From: Adineta ricciae
Taxonomy: Eukaryota
Length of the DNA stretch: 62,562 bases
Direction of reading: 5' to 3'
Assembly: GCA_905250025.1 (NCBI GenBank)
Contig: CAJNOJ010000205.1
Location: forward strand, 17,730 to 80,291
A program made the translations under genes and the position numbers. Below, piece by piece: positions 46,090 to 58,348 of the stretch. Within the stretch, counting starts at the first letter, position 1; the number at the start of each line of letters is the position of its first letter. The notes below the pieces were generated by a model. It made no database searches. It saw only the letters and a list, made by a program, of their open reading frames with translations, and was not told the DNA's origin.

Positions 46090-46665
46090 ATGGAATTATG
46101 TTTATCACAAGTTCTATCCAACTGGGATGAAGTCGAAGTTCGTACTGTTCCAAATGTCATGTATCAAGTGGTTTGTCCAACGAACAATACTGGTGAAGAC
46201 ATTGAATATCGCTTTCATTGGTTTCTTGATTGTTCTGAGACATATATTCATAACCACCGGTATGCCTTTGACACGTACTGTTTACAAGGTGAATATGAAG
46301 AGCGCTTGTGGGAAATAAGTGATGGGCATTCCGGGACTCTCTCGTATAAGTTTCCGAGAACTTCGGGAAACAAATTCGGTACGCACATTCCAGTACCAGG
46401 AGTGCTACGGAGTGTTAAGCAGAACCACCATTTTCCAGGCAACACATTACATGTCGAACCCAATCAGTATCATTCGATCGTTCCGATTGGCGGAGCAAAT
46501 AGCAACGTATTAACATTCGATGCTAGACGACTTTGCTCAACAGCTACAGAACCGACATTCGTACTAAGCGCATCAGATAGTATTCAAGCACCGACCGACG
46601 AGATTCGACCAGCAACGGCACAAGAGCGGCAACTGGTTCATGAGAAGCTTATAAGTTTGTCATAG
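46090..46665 (+). CDS. Hypothetical 191-aa protein with His-rich motifs, possibly a cupin or YcgG-like fold
   Basis: ORF containing HNHRYAFDTYCLQGEYEE and HHFPGNTLHVEPNQYH. An upstream ORF (46019..) in another frame overlaps its start, so the true N-terminus is uncertain. Confidence 0.35.
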   Translation: MELCLSQVLSNWDEVEVRTVPNVMYQVVCPTNNTGEDIEYRFHWFLDCSETYIHNHRYAFDTYCLQGEYEERLWEISDGHSGTLSYKFPRTSGNKFGTHIPVPGVLRSVKQNHHFPGNTLHVEPNQYHSIVPIGGANSNVLTFDARRLCSTATEPTFVLSASDSIQAPTDEIRPATAQERQLVHEKLISLS

Positions 46666-47982
46666 ACGACACTTACATTTTCTAAGATTGTAAATATTTT
46701 TGTTGAAAATTCATGTTCTAAAAAGAAATAAAATTGTCAATACATTTCACACTTTCATTAGATGTTTTTCTCTGAACATACAACCTGCACTGTTATTTTC
46801 AGTACTCCGCCCATTACGAAAGATTCACCGCCACTACAAATACGAAGTAAGTTTTTCGAGCGGAATGCAAAATTTAGCCCAAGATGAACAAATCGCCGTT
46901 GTATAATTGACTGGTTTATATGACGAAATACTTCTGATGATTTGCGGTTGCTTAGATTCAATATAGGGCATCATAGCGTTTTATCGATGTAATCAGCGTT
47001 TATCTGCTTGCGAATGTGAACATGATCAAAACGTTAAATTGATGCACTATCCGCATTTTTACCTCTTCATGTTTGCTGAACAATGGTATGGTAGTCAGCA
47101 ATGAAAATATACCGCCCAAGATCACTAATTTTTTTAATTTAAGCAGTACACCGAACAAAGTTCGTTTTTATGAGTTGCGTTCAGAACTATTTCGACGATA
47201 ACCATCAAAATGAGAAGCATTAAGTATGATACCAAGTTCATCAGTTCGAAGCTATTGGCGACCTAATCATAGAACTGTTTAGGATGAAAATTAGAGTTGT
47301 TTATTTAAACGTCATTCGTCTCCACACCCTCTCCCTGCTTTTCTGAAAGTAATTCGTACTTTATTCAATTGAAGAAGACATGCATATATTTATCACGTAT
47401 ACATTAATTGCGTGCTCTTTCACTCCAGAAGAGACACTGCACAAAGTAGGTCTTAGGCAAACTGATGTGAAAACGTAACCCGACAATATTTTCAAAATTA
47501 TGTGTCTTTTTACCCCCATCGACTCTACATATGTCGCTTTTTCTTTGCATTAGTGTATGCATGGATGAAATTAATTCTCTTATTTAATGTTAATAGATTT
47601 TTTCTCTGTCCACAAATTGAGTTCTACCTACAAGATTATCGCGAGTAAACGAATGGAGACACACTAAATGATTCTTTAATGTATTTTTTTTTCAGCACAA
47701 AAAGAACACTTGATCGTGCATTTCGCTTATACATGAAAGCAAGAAAAATTTAGAAAAGAAATATTCTTTTGTATACACAAGTGACTGTCTTGTTTTGTTT
47801 TCTCTTCCGCCCTTTATTCATGTAACTAAAAGCGTAAATTTTTCCCATGTAAAATAAATTCATACGTTTGCTATTTAAAATGATTAAACCTCCAGAATCC
47901 AATTTGGAACAATCGAAGATTGTATATCGCTCACAACAGAATATCAAATCGAAGTTTGTCTTTCTTAGTCTCATTTTAGGAT

Positions 47983-48647
47983 TTATGTTTGCTCTTTTTG
48001 TTTTAGTCAAAGGTCTCAATGCTCAGTTTCACGACTGATTTGTATTCAATTATTAATTTTATTAGCACTTCTTGTCTTAGCAGCGATTACCATTCCAATT
48101 GTAGTTCTTATACTTGGTAAATTTCAAAGAAAAAAAAATGTCTAGTTATTCCATTTCAAAGTATTTTTCTTTTAGATAATCGTTCATCACGTAAATATTT
48201 CATTAAACTATTTTTTCTTTTGAATATAAGTTCTTTTTCTAAGCATGTTCATCAACTTATTCGGATACTTTTACCAATGGTGTGACACCAACAGCAGCTC
48301 AATGTGCAAATTGGCAACAATTTAAAACAAGTTTAACTTGTTCATCGTATTCCAAAATGCGCTTTTATGGTTCAAAAGATCTTGTTGGTGTTACTGTATC
48401 TGATCCATCTGCTGTCATTGCACTGGTAGTTGCTTTAAAGTATAACACAACAGTGACTGCACTATCAAATGGGGTTTACTGGAGAGTTGGCATATGTGGA
48501 AGTGGTTTTGAGATATCTGCAAATGGATTTTGTGCTTGTGCAGCAAATTATGCATTGAGACCATGTCACAGTAATTCAGATTGGGGAGGAATGGGCAGTC
48601 CAACATGTAGTTCGGCAACACAAACATTATCACTTTATTTTGAATAA
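47983..48647 (+). CDS. Possible small secreted Cys-containing protein (a signal-peptide exon plus the 121-aa ORF)
   Basis: MFALFVLVKGLNAQ… at about 47983 is signal-like. Downstream ORF 48282..48647 has spaced cysteines (…GICGSGFEISANGFCACAANYALRPCHS…). Exon linkage was not verified. Confidence 0.2.
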
Positions 48648-49275
48648 AAGATTCTGAAATGTCTTGAGGGTGAGTGTGAAGATGGATCTGTTTGTGCATG
48701 GAACTGGATGTATTGTTGACGATAGGATATTCATACTGGCACTCTCTTTGAGAAAAACGTTTGTTTATTTAATAAAATAAGAAAGGTGATATATGAATAT
48801 TTGATTATAAGGAAATGTGAATTTTTTGTACTTTAATCATTTTTCTTGTTGTCGACAATAAGAAAACATTCTTTTCAGCACAGAAAAATGTTTATTTAAA
48901 CTCTTGCATTCAATCAGCCCATCGTTATCAATACGAACAATGAAATGTATATTATATTAATTGAATAGAGAATGAGACTTTACTATGGAATGACAACAAG
49001 TAATGCTCGTCGAGATAGATACGTTGAGACCTTGACGGAGCAACTAGTACTAAAAAATGTTTTCTGTCAGCGAAATCATTCACAATAACTTAAGTTGTAC
49101 TACTGCATACGCGTGTTATAATTCTGATTTTCTCTTAAACCTTTATAATAAACTGTATAAATAATACTCGTCGAACATGAATCGTATAACTTCTCACCGT
49201 CACCTACACGCACATGTGTGAAATGTTACTTTTCTGCAACTCCTCATCTTCATGACTTGTTTTTGTAAGATAAAA

Positions 49276-50355
49276 TTATTGTTGTTCAGAAGTAATCAAA
49301 TTCGAACAAACGATTCTATCAAAATGATGATTATCAGGAGAGTGATAGGTCGATGGATTGGATGAGGTAAAAACAGTAAAACTGGATGTCCAATCGTCAC
49401 GAAATTGACACGTGACGAACCAACGTTTTTCTTCCAGCCAAAATGGATTTCGAAAAGCAGTGATCATCCTATCAAAATGATTCCAATCGCAGCAATAGCA
49501 GAAGATGCAGAATTCTAAATGAGCAAGTCGTGGTAATTTCAGCCGGAGAAAGTATTCCCATCGAGATAGACGATGTATAAATTCGAATGGCTTGCCCGAA
49601 CTCGTAAGATCCAAATGAGTTAGCGAAGGCAACAGCGAAAGACAGTATTCCAGTTTATCCATTGTCATTTTGAGATCGTTTAGTGTAAGGGAATGTAATT
49701 GCGAATAGGATTTTGTGAGAAACGATTCGTTGATTTCGATTTTCCAGCAATTGTTCATGATGAGAGAATGTAAATCAGGCGAGTGGTCTAGAATGGAGCG
49801 AAATTGCTCGAACGTGCATGTTCCAATCGAAAGACTTGTAACTCGACACGGAAACGGCCATAGAAATCGTTCGACATTGTTCAAATTAAAGTTCAAAATG
49901 CACTGGCGAAGACTGGATTGTAAGATAATCTTGGATATTAAATTCAATAAATCATCCACATCCTCTAAGGGATTTACATCGAGAGAGAATGTAACTAAGT
50001 TACAATTCTTTATCACATGCCGTAAAATCAATTTGACTTCATTGATGTCCACACGATGAAGAACTAATGTTTCAAGCCGTTGGAATCTATGAATGTCGAT
50101 AATTACACTGTTGTTATCGTCGATTTCTAATAGTAAAATATTTTCCGATGGAATAATCCGACAGATGTTTTTCATCGCAATCGAGTTAACATGAATCTTA
50201 TACCGATTGTAACTTTCTGTAACAGCAAATAGTTGCGTACAAACATGTCGAATCGATCGAACGATTGTTTTTGTATCCAGAAAATCGCAAATTCGATATA
50301 GAAGCTCCGTTGGTAAGTCGAGAAGACTAACTTTATTTTCTTTTCGAGTCGTCAT
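49276..50355 (-). CDS. F-box domain protein, paralog of 1970..3625 (359 aa)
   Basis: F-box LLDLPTELLYRICDFLDTKTIVRSIRHVC. The C-terminal FRNPFWLEEKRWFVTCQF aligns to FQTPFWLHEHQWIVHCDF of the gene at 1970..3625. Confidence 0.8.
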   Translation of the reverse strand: MTTRKENKVSLLDLPTELLYRICDFLDTKTIVRSIRHVCTQLFAVTESYNRYKIHVNSIAMKNICRIIPSENILLLEIDDNNSVIIDIHRFQRLETLVLHRVDINEVKLILRHVIKNCNLVTFSLDVNPLEDVDDLLNLISKIILQSSLRQCILNFNLNNVERFLWPFPCRVTSLSIGTCTFEQFRSILDHSPDLHSLIMNNCWKIEINESFLTKSYSQLHSLTLNDLKMTMDKLEYCLSLLPSLTHLDLTSSGKPFEFIHRLSRWEYFLRLKLPRLAHLEFCIFCYCCDWNHFDRMITAFRNPFWLEEKRWFVTCQFRDDWTSSFTVFTSSNPSTYHSPDNHHFDRIVCSNLITSEQQ

Positions 50356-50520
50356 TGTTTTTCAAGAAAATTCTTAAACATATGACATACCCAATCGACT
50401 GTTTCTCCGTTCTGTCGAACGTTCAACTGAGATGTTGATTAAGTTTACGGATCGGCGACATCTATTCCATTTTTATTTTCTATGGAAAAAGAAAACAAAT
50501 ACAAAAAATTCTTTTTATAT

Positions 50521-51591
50521 CTATCTCCAATATGTTTTGGCAACGCTACGAGTCGTCTCCCATGCTTCATCCAAGACTTGAACGACTTCATCGGGCAATG
50601 GTTCTTTCTGTAAATCTTTTAAATTCGATTCTAATTGCTGTATACTACTTGCTCCGATGACAATTCCATCGCCATCGAATACATTTAACTTTGAATGATG
50701 TAAAAGCCACCGAAATGCTGCTTCTATAAGCGTAAGATCATACTTTTCCAAGGTGGGCGTTATATGATCAACAGCGCTGAGATAAGCATCATGAAAATAT
50801 CGATCGCGATACATTTTCGCGGCAGTATTACCTTCGACATCAGCAAATCGACCTTCTTCGGGGGCTGTCAATGTTGACTTATATCGTCCAGAAAGAATAC
50901 CACCAGCTAATGGATTATAAGCAAGTATATTGATTCCAAAGTGTCGACAACAAGGTACAAGTTCTTCTTCCAGAGCACGTGTTAACACATTGTACATAGC
51001 TTGATAAACTGTTGGTCGAACCCATTGATTACAAATGCAAATCTGTGCAATTTTCGCCACTTCCCAAGCGGCATAATTACTCAATCCAAAGATTTTGAAT
51101 TTACCTTCTTGATGAAACTTATTCACTTCTTCAAGAGTCTCTTCGAATGGTACACTTCGATCAGGTGCATGAAGATAGAATATTTCCACCGACTCTTGTC
51201 CTAATTCTTGTAGACTTGTTTCGAATAACTCCCGTAGTTTCGCTGGTTTATGCATACCCGCTTCTGTTGGATATACTTTTGTTGCGATGGTAAATCCACC
51301 TTCATCAAGCACACCTGTTTCTCGTGTAAAAGCTTCTTGTTTACCATTGTTATATAATCGTGCAGTGTCGAGTTCTGTATAACCATACGATTGAAACATC
51401 TTGAACATCGCTCGTATCTCGTCTACAGTCGTAACTCTCGCAAGATTCGTACCAGCTGGGCCCATTGTTGCACATCCCAAAACGATGCGTGCACGCTTTT
51501 TGTCCGTCATTGTGTGAGAATGATAATGCAAGCAATGTTTCTTTTCTTTCTTATCTTTCAAAGATTCAACATGAGAAAGATGACGGAACAT
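50521..51591 (-). CDS. Aldo-keto reductase, AKR7 (aflatoxin-aldehyde-reductase)-like; the true start may be the internal Met (MTDKK…)
   Basis: RIVLGCATMGPAG…DTARLYNNGKQE…IATKVYP…FYLHAPD…LSNYAAWE… matches the AKR catalytic tetrad environment and AKR7 family spacing. The 26 residues before MTDKK may be a presequence or 5'UTR. Confidence 0.8.
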   Translation of the reverse strand: MFRHLSHVESLKDKKEKKHCLHYHSHTMTDKKRARIVLGCATMGPAGTNLARVTTVDEIRAMFKMFQSYGYTELDTARLYNNGKQEAFTRETGVLDEGGFTIATKVYPTEAGMHKPAKLRELFETSLQELGQESVEIFYLHAPDRSVPFEETLEEVNKFHQEGKFKIFGLSNYAAWEVAKIAQICICNQWVRPTVYQAMYNVLTRALEEELVPCCRHFGINILAYNPLAGGILSGRYKSTLTAPEEGRFADVEGNTAAKMYRDRYFHDAYLSAVDHITPTLEKYDLTLIEAAFRWLLHHSKLNVFDGDGIVIGASSIQQLESNLKDLQKEPLPDEVVQVLDEAWETTRSVAKTYWR

Positions 51592-52029
51592 ATTTCATGA
51601 TTGCTGCAGCATATCACTGATTTTTTCTTATTGGTGATCGAACTAACAAACTGGAAGTATAGAGTTATCCTTATTCTTTCTATAGATGACGTTCATTTCA
51701 TTTGTACTACATTCCAGTTGTGTCTCATCTGCTAGAGCATCGTCTTTTATAGACAACAGAACGGAGAACAGATACACTGATAGTATCTTCAACAGTGTGT
51801 TTGTTGTCATAGAATCAAAACATAATAATATAAAAGGATGAATTCTACCGCATTCTCATCACTTCTTATTTGTCTCTACAAAGAATCTGTTCAGACAGAA
51901 TTCTCTTTTATCAAACGAACTCTTTTACAATTAGTCAAGAATTTTGCCACTTCTGAAATGAAAAGAAAACGACGTATATATGTGAAGGTGATTCTTTGTA
52001 TTTCTTTATAGTAAAAATACAATAATTAT

Positions 52030-55000
52030 CTAAATCTTATTTCGGTTCGGGTACTGACGTCGGAATTTTGTCGAAAATTTTTCATGTACGTTTTCTATAG
52101 TTCGATATAACGGCTTAATCATCGTTAAATCTTCATTGTCATGTTCCTTGAGGTCATGATTTAAAATAACTTCTAATGACGTTTTGACCGATGCCAAAAT
52201 CATTTTAAAATCTAACAGAAGATTGTATGTATCCCCAGCATTTAACCAGTTTTCCATAATCAATAATTTTTCGGAGCCATGCTTATAGAAGTCAAATGCG
52301 TAACTATTTAGGTGGTAAGCTGTATTTGTGTGATCACAGCAATCTATATCAATGAATGGCACCACTTTCGACGATAAATCGATATCATAAATAAGATCCC
52401 ATGAGCCAATAATTGGATTATACCTCGACATGTATTTCTCATGAGTAAGACCTGAGAGAGCAGCAAACGGAGAAATGGACGTAGGATTTTGCATCTGTTG
52501 GGAATAATGATGATGAAGTCGATACTCAAATGTTCCATTATCATAATCCATAGTTTGAGCAAACGAAATACTCGAAAATGGTAAAACTTCCTCTTGTTTA
52601 TTAGAACTAGTCGAACGACGAAGATGTTGTATGATCGTTTGTATATAACATCCATAAACTTCCTTAACAATCGAGTTGTAACTATCAACACGTTGTCGAA
52701 ATTTTTTTGAAATCGGTGCCAGAAATAATTTCGAATTCAACTTTTCTTCTTTTCGGTGTTGCACTAGATCATCATATCCGCGAGGAGTGATCAACCTACA
52801 TAAAAAGAAACTAATCAACATTTTCCACACGACAGGTTTATTTACCATGGCATATTCGTAAAAAGGTATGCAAAAATCGTAATAATTTCGAATTGATCTC
52901 GAACTTCATGAAATAATCGCGTGTCCATCAAGTAGATAAGTAAAATATTTGCCGGTTCGAAATAGTGCAGATGACTTAGAAGACCAGCTAAACCAACTAA
53001 TCCTCCTTGTCGATCAATTAAGTTCAGTCGGTAAAGAAAATCTAATGTAAATAAACAATGAAAACGTGTTTGAACGTCGATCAATTGACTCTTCAAAGGT
53101 GATTGTGACATCAATGAGCACTGTAATGCAATCAACGATCGATTGATCGCATCATCGACATCTTTGGCATTTGCGCATAAGTGTAACAAACGTAGAAGAA
53201 ACGTGACACTGGTAGGAAAATGTGCATGTATATTTGGAATAGCTGACATGAATAAATGACTAATTTTTGCTAGAGGTATATCAATAAATATCACATGACC
53301 TTGTATATCGAAACCACGGCGACCAGCGCGACCCGATGCTTGTCGATATTGCAATGCATCTAGATAAATTGAATCTTGTATGAATGCAACACTTTTTGTT
53401 GGCATATGAATACCCAATGCTACATACAAATGATACAGGTTATTTTTACGAGATTATCTACAAGTACGTACCGAGTGTTGCTGTAGAGAAAACAACTTGA
53501 ATATATCGATTACGAAACAGAGCTTCTACAGCAACACGACCTTTGTTGTTCAAACCGGAATGGTGGTAAGCGACTCCTCGTTTCATATACGAGACTAGGC
53601 GAGGATTTTCTACATGAGCTCGTTCCAATAAAGCGTCGACCAAGGCTCGATCGCATCTTTGTCGGCTAGCTAACGTTCCTTCATCTAAAATACCGTTTAA
53701 TAGTTGTTCTTCGTGTCCAGAAAGCAAGATCTGCTTGTTTTCTTCTTCGACCATTTTTATTTCTTCGACATCATCTTCAGCATGACGACGTCCGCGCGAC
53801 GATTTCAAACTTTTCTTTGGTTTGGACTTCTGTCGATTCTGTTCTGCTAATTCCAAACGATTTCGTAATTCTTGTAGTTGAATTTTATATTTTGTTTCTC
53901 GCAACTGCTTTTCCTTTGTGTACAGATGCGTCGCAACACTGTGAGCCATATGCTCACACAAAGCTCGATTATCTGTGAAAACGATACATGGAAGAAGGTT
54001 CTTTTCTTTGAGTGTGAGAATAAAATCCACGATTAATGAAGGTGTAGGCTTCGGTTCAGGATATCGAAAATTCACTGATGTCATTGGCTGTAACGATGTA
54101 ATAATTGAGTCGATAACATGTATATCTTTTCGATCAATCAACTGATTGAACTGATCATGAACTAATTTGGAATATTCATTGCATAAACTTCGCTCGATAA
54201 TCCAACTCGATGAAAAGTATTCAGCTAGGGGTGGTGTAGATGCCCATTTTTCGTCAGTTTGTCTACATATAGACAGACAAAGTCAAGCTATCATGTGCTA
54301 TATTAAATGAATGAATATATTTACTTTGTCTTGATTAAATCTTCAAGTTGTAAAGTCTCGCGTGGGGATAGTGAAAGATCTTTAGGAATACCTTTTGTCA
54401 CTAATTGCTTCGCATTCATGATTCCAATTGGATGAATAGGATGTAATTCTCGGTTTGAATACAAATATTTGTTCAAGTCAGCTGCACGTTCATGATGAAC
54501 AATCAAGCATACCTGACGCGGTGTCGATATTCCAAATAGTTCCGCTCGTTGTCGTTCGACATTCGTAATCCATTGACGCAATTCATCGCTGTTATTCACT
54601 GTTGCCGATAGACCAATCATTGGGCAATTGATGAGCAGCATGGTCTTCTCCCAAACATCCGCACCGATTTCGCCCGACATGCAATGAATTTCATCGAATA
54701 TGGCATATTTGATCCGTTGACACCATTGCTGATGTGTTGGAGACAGAAGTAAAATTTCCATACATTGTGGAACAGTAACCAATATTCGGCACGAATCCAT
54801 GTTTACGCGGTAATCTCGTGTAAATATTCCAAATACCGGACCGAATTTCGAATGAATTGTCGCTAAAATAGATCATCAACAAAGAAATAAAAGAGCGGCA
54901 ATCTTACCTGCGACCTGATTGACCAATGCTTTCGTCGGCGCGATGTACACACACAGACCGTGCTGATCTTTCTCGTCCTTCAATACCTTGTTCATTGCAT

Positions 55001-58000
55001 AGTATGATGCATACGTTTTACCCGAGGCAGTAGGCGCGACGATAATGATCGATTGACGTTTGTCCACAGCATCAAGAAATTTCACTTGCCAGTCGTCGGG
55101 AATGAAATCTATGACACGTTGGTCTGGTTTGTTATTTTCGCGTCTCGGTAGTCGACTATTGATTTGGTTCATTTGAAATCGATACCATTCTTCCCGGTCC
55201 AAAGGTGTTTGATCGATCAGTTCTTCTAAATACTTCGTCTTTTTCTCGAATACATCATCGATATGCTCTATGTTGGCCATTTCACTGATGGTTGCAAAGT
55301 AATTCACTTGAAGAAGCTCCAAACTGGCGTTTTCTTCGTTAGTTAGAACACTTTTCTTCCGGAGCGATTGTAAATATTTTCGTTGAAATCGAAACTTCCG
55401 TTTCAATAATTCCAAACGATGAGACGAGATTTTAAAGTTTAGTAAAGCAGCATCGAGAATGTCAATCGCTCGAGCATAATTATCTATTGGAACCTCATCT
55501 AATAACTTTAGAACTGCAATTAATTGATCAGCTTCATCCTCGTTGCGGTCCGCCATCTTCTTCTGTTGATTTTTCTCGCGAAGGAGATCAATTTTTTTCG
55601 GAGGTTTTTCTTTCTTCTTAGACTCCGATTGTACCACTGACGGCGAAACCGTCGGGAGGACAATCTGCAAATGACTATCTCGAACATCGCGACTAGTCAA
55701 TGAATTGCCGTACAAAGTGAAATAAGTATAACTAAACGAGAAAAAAAGAACAAATTTTAAAAAGTGGAACGATGCAAACATTACAATCGTTGTTTTTGTT
55801 GGGTCCGATAACGATATTTGGTAGAATTTTGATAGGTTTCATCATTATTTCGTACACGGCTGATTTCATCACCAACCTAGAATATCGTATATCGGAAGAA
55901 ATGACGAGAATAAGAAGTCTCATACCTCTTTGTATACGTGCCAATGATATTTGCCTTCGTATCGAGATAAACGAACATCTTGAGGATCGACGAAATTGAA
56001 TGTCGTATTATTGATGTTAGAAATAATCGGCTGTAGGCAAGTATCAATAAATCGATTGGATATACGAGTGATTTGTTGTGACTTAGTAACAGCAGTACTC
56101 TGTCTTGCAAGTGATGGTGAAAATGTTAAGTGCTCAGCTTCAACTAGCTTATTTGTTGTTTCATGAAATAGGTTTTGGTCGGTTGAAAATTCTAAGAATA
56201 ATAGTCCATCGCTGAAAATACACATTGTGTCCGAATGGAAGGATACATTAGATAATAACTGATAGAGCGTAAATGCGAAAAGACGTCCGTCGTATAAATC
56301 AGCTATTTTTGAGCAAGATCGAGTTGATGAAGATGCAACTGCTACTGATATGGCCAGTTGCTGTTGAAACTCAATGATCAATTGAGCAAGCTGGGAACTG
56401 AACGTGATCGACGGTAAATCTTCGGGGAGATGACGATCGACTAGCGAAAGACGAATGAGAAGAGCCATATGAAGAATAAGTAATGGACTAAGAAGTCTTA
56501 GTAGATTCTCTTCTTCAAACTGATCCTAAAGCATCAGACATACAAAATGAGTGAGTTGACATCAAAAATAGATACTTTTTTCATTTCCATCAAATCTTTG
56601 ATTGTTTTAATATAAAGAGCTAATCGTAAATCCATTTGATCAGTGATTTGTCTTTCGAATTGAATCCATTGGTCTTTTTCAGCATTTGTAACATGTCGAT
56701 AGGTTGAACGGATCTGGAGTGCTTTGTGTATTCGAGATTCCGAGCAATTTCTATGAAAATTCACTTGAAAACATTTGATATAAGTATCAGTCAATGCCAA
56801 TTTATTCATTAGATACGCATGGCAATTCAATGAATACTGATGATAAATACCAAATAGCCGATAGATATAAAGAAGACGTGTAAGAGACTGTTTACATAAG
56901 AGATGATCGAGTTTGAAATCGAAGCTTGACATATCATGATAAAAGACGAAATGAGGTTTTTCTTTCTGAACAAATGCTTTATAATCCTCATCGAACCACG
57001 ATGAAAATTGTTGTACTTTCGAGGATTGGTATTGATTAATATTCTTTGAAAGATGTGCGATAAGACAGGATCGAATAAGACTCAAGATAGGTTTTTCTTG
57101 CTGGTAGAATTGATGATGGCAATCAAAGAAGAGTAAGGAATAATTACATTGACGCGTTTGATTGAAAAGCGTCAAAAGAATACGTTCAATTAAATAAATC
57201 ACATGAAGAGTATTGCCAAAGTAAGAAAGAAGATCAACATTAATATGGTGAGCAATGGAGAGAAGGAAGGAATCACCGTCGATAAAGTAATGTGCGCTAT
57301 CACGAAATTCACGTTGTAAATCAAAAAATCGAGCACGGTATGGATATAAGGTATCTAGATCGTCTGGTGATATGATGGTTGTTTCGCTTGTCGAAAGTAA
57401 ATTTTGAATTGTCGCACAAATCGGTTTGTGTATTTTCGAAACAGTCGCCAACGAATTTTTACTTGGAATACATTCGATCAAACGCTGACGTTGCTTTTCG
57501 TTCGTGACACCATCGGAGAGATGTCGAGCGATTTGTTGTAAGGCAACAGTATTGATTTTTTCGTTGGAACATTTGATGGTATGATTAAGAGTATGAAAAT
57601 AGAGATCGACAAAGTGGGGATAACGTTGTTGACAATGATATAAGAATTGAAGAAGACGTTCGCATTGACCAATAGGATCGATTGGAATTTCAATTTGCCG
57701 AAGGTCAACATGTACTTTCGGAGTAGGTTTTGATGTTGTTGACCGGTTGATTTCATCTTCTGGTGAGGACTCGTCTTCACTCTCAGATTCTTTTTCAGAA
57801 AGTTCCTTTTCAGTGATTATGTCGATTGTCTCGTTTTCATCAAAATCTTTCCATTGTTGTAGTTTCTGGTTGATAAGTTTTTTATAACTTGAACTGTACT
57901 GTGATTGATAAAAATTCTCTTTCTCTAAAATCGTTTTGTTGTATGCTACTGCCGTTGTTGAAACAGTATCGAGCAAATAATCAACAAATCTCGTGATTTC

Positions 58001-58036
58001 TTCATCGTAGGATCGATTTAGACTCACAGAAGTCAT
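52030..58036 (-). CDS. Large DExH-box helicase, DDX60-like; at least 7 exons totalling about 1800 aa
   Basis: Co-linear minus-strand ORFs 56534..58036 (N-terminal region), 55920..56468, 54876..55781 (Walker A VAPTASGKTYASYY…YIAPTKALVNQV), 54321..54800 (DEIH: FDEIHCMSGE; SAT: GLSATV), 53458..54141, 52842..53429 (motif VI QASGRAGRRGFD) and 52030..52848. They are joined by gaps of about 50-180 bp. Confidence 0.55.
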
Positions 58037-58348
58037 TGTCTGGATAGTAGAAAATACGTTTAAACGTACAATAAACGTCGATAACTACAACACACGTTCT
58101 TCTATATGTATAGACAGTCGACGATGTTGTACTTCGCTATTGCAGAACGAAGCAGAATAGTAATCAAAGCAAAAATATAGTTTTATTTACGAAGCAGATA
58201 AAAAATGTTTTCTATCATCGTGCGAACACTGCTTTTTTCTCGGTCGAGTTTTTTTTCTCTTTCTATATCGTCATAGACGCGTCAAAAATACCCAGTTGTT
58301 CTTTTTTGCGATTGGTGGAGAATGGAGAAAAGAGAAACTTTCAGATGT

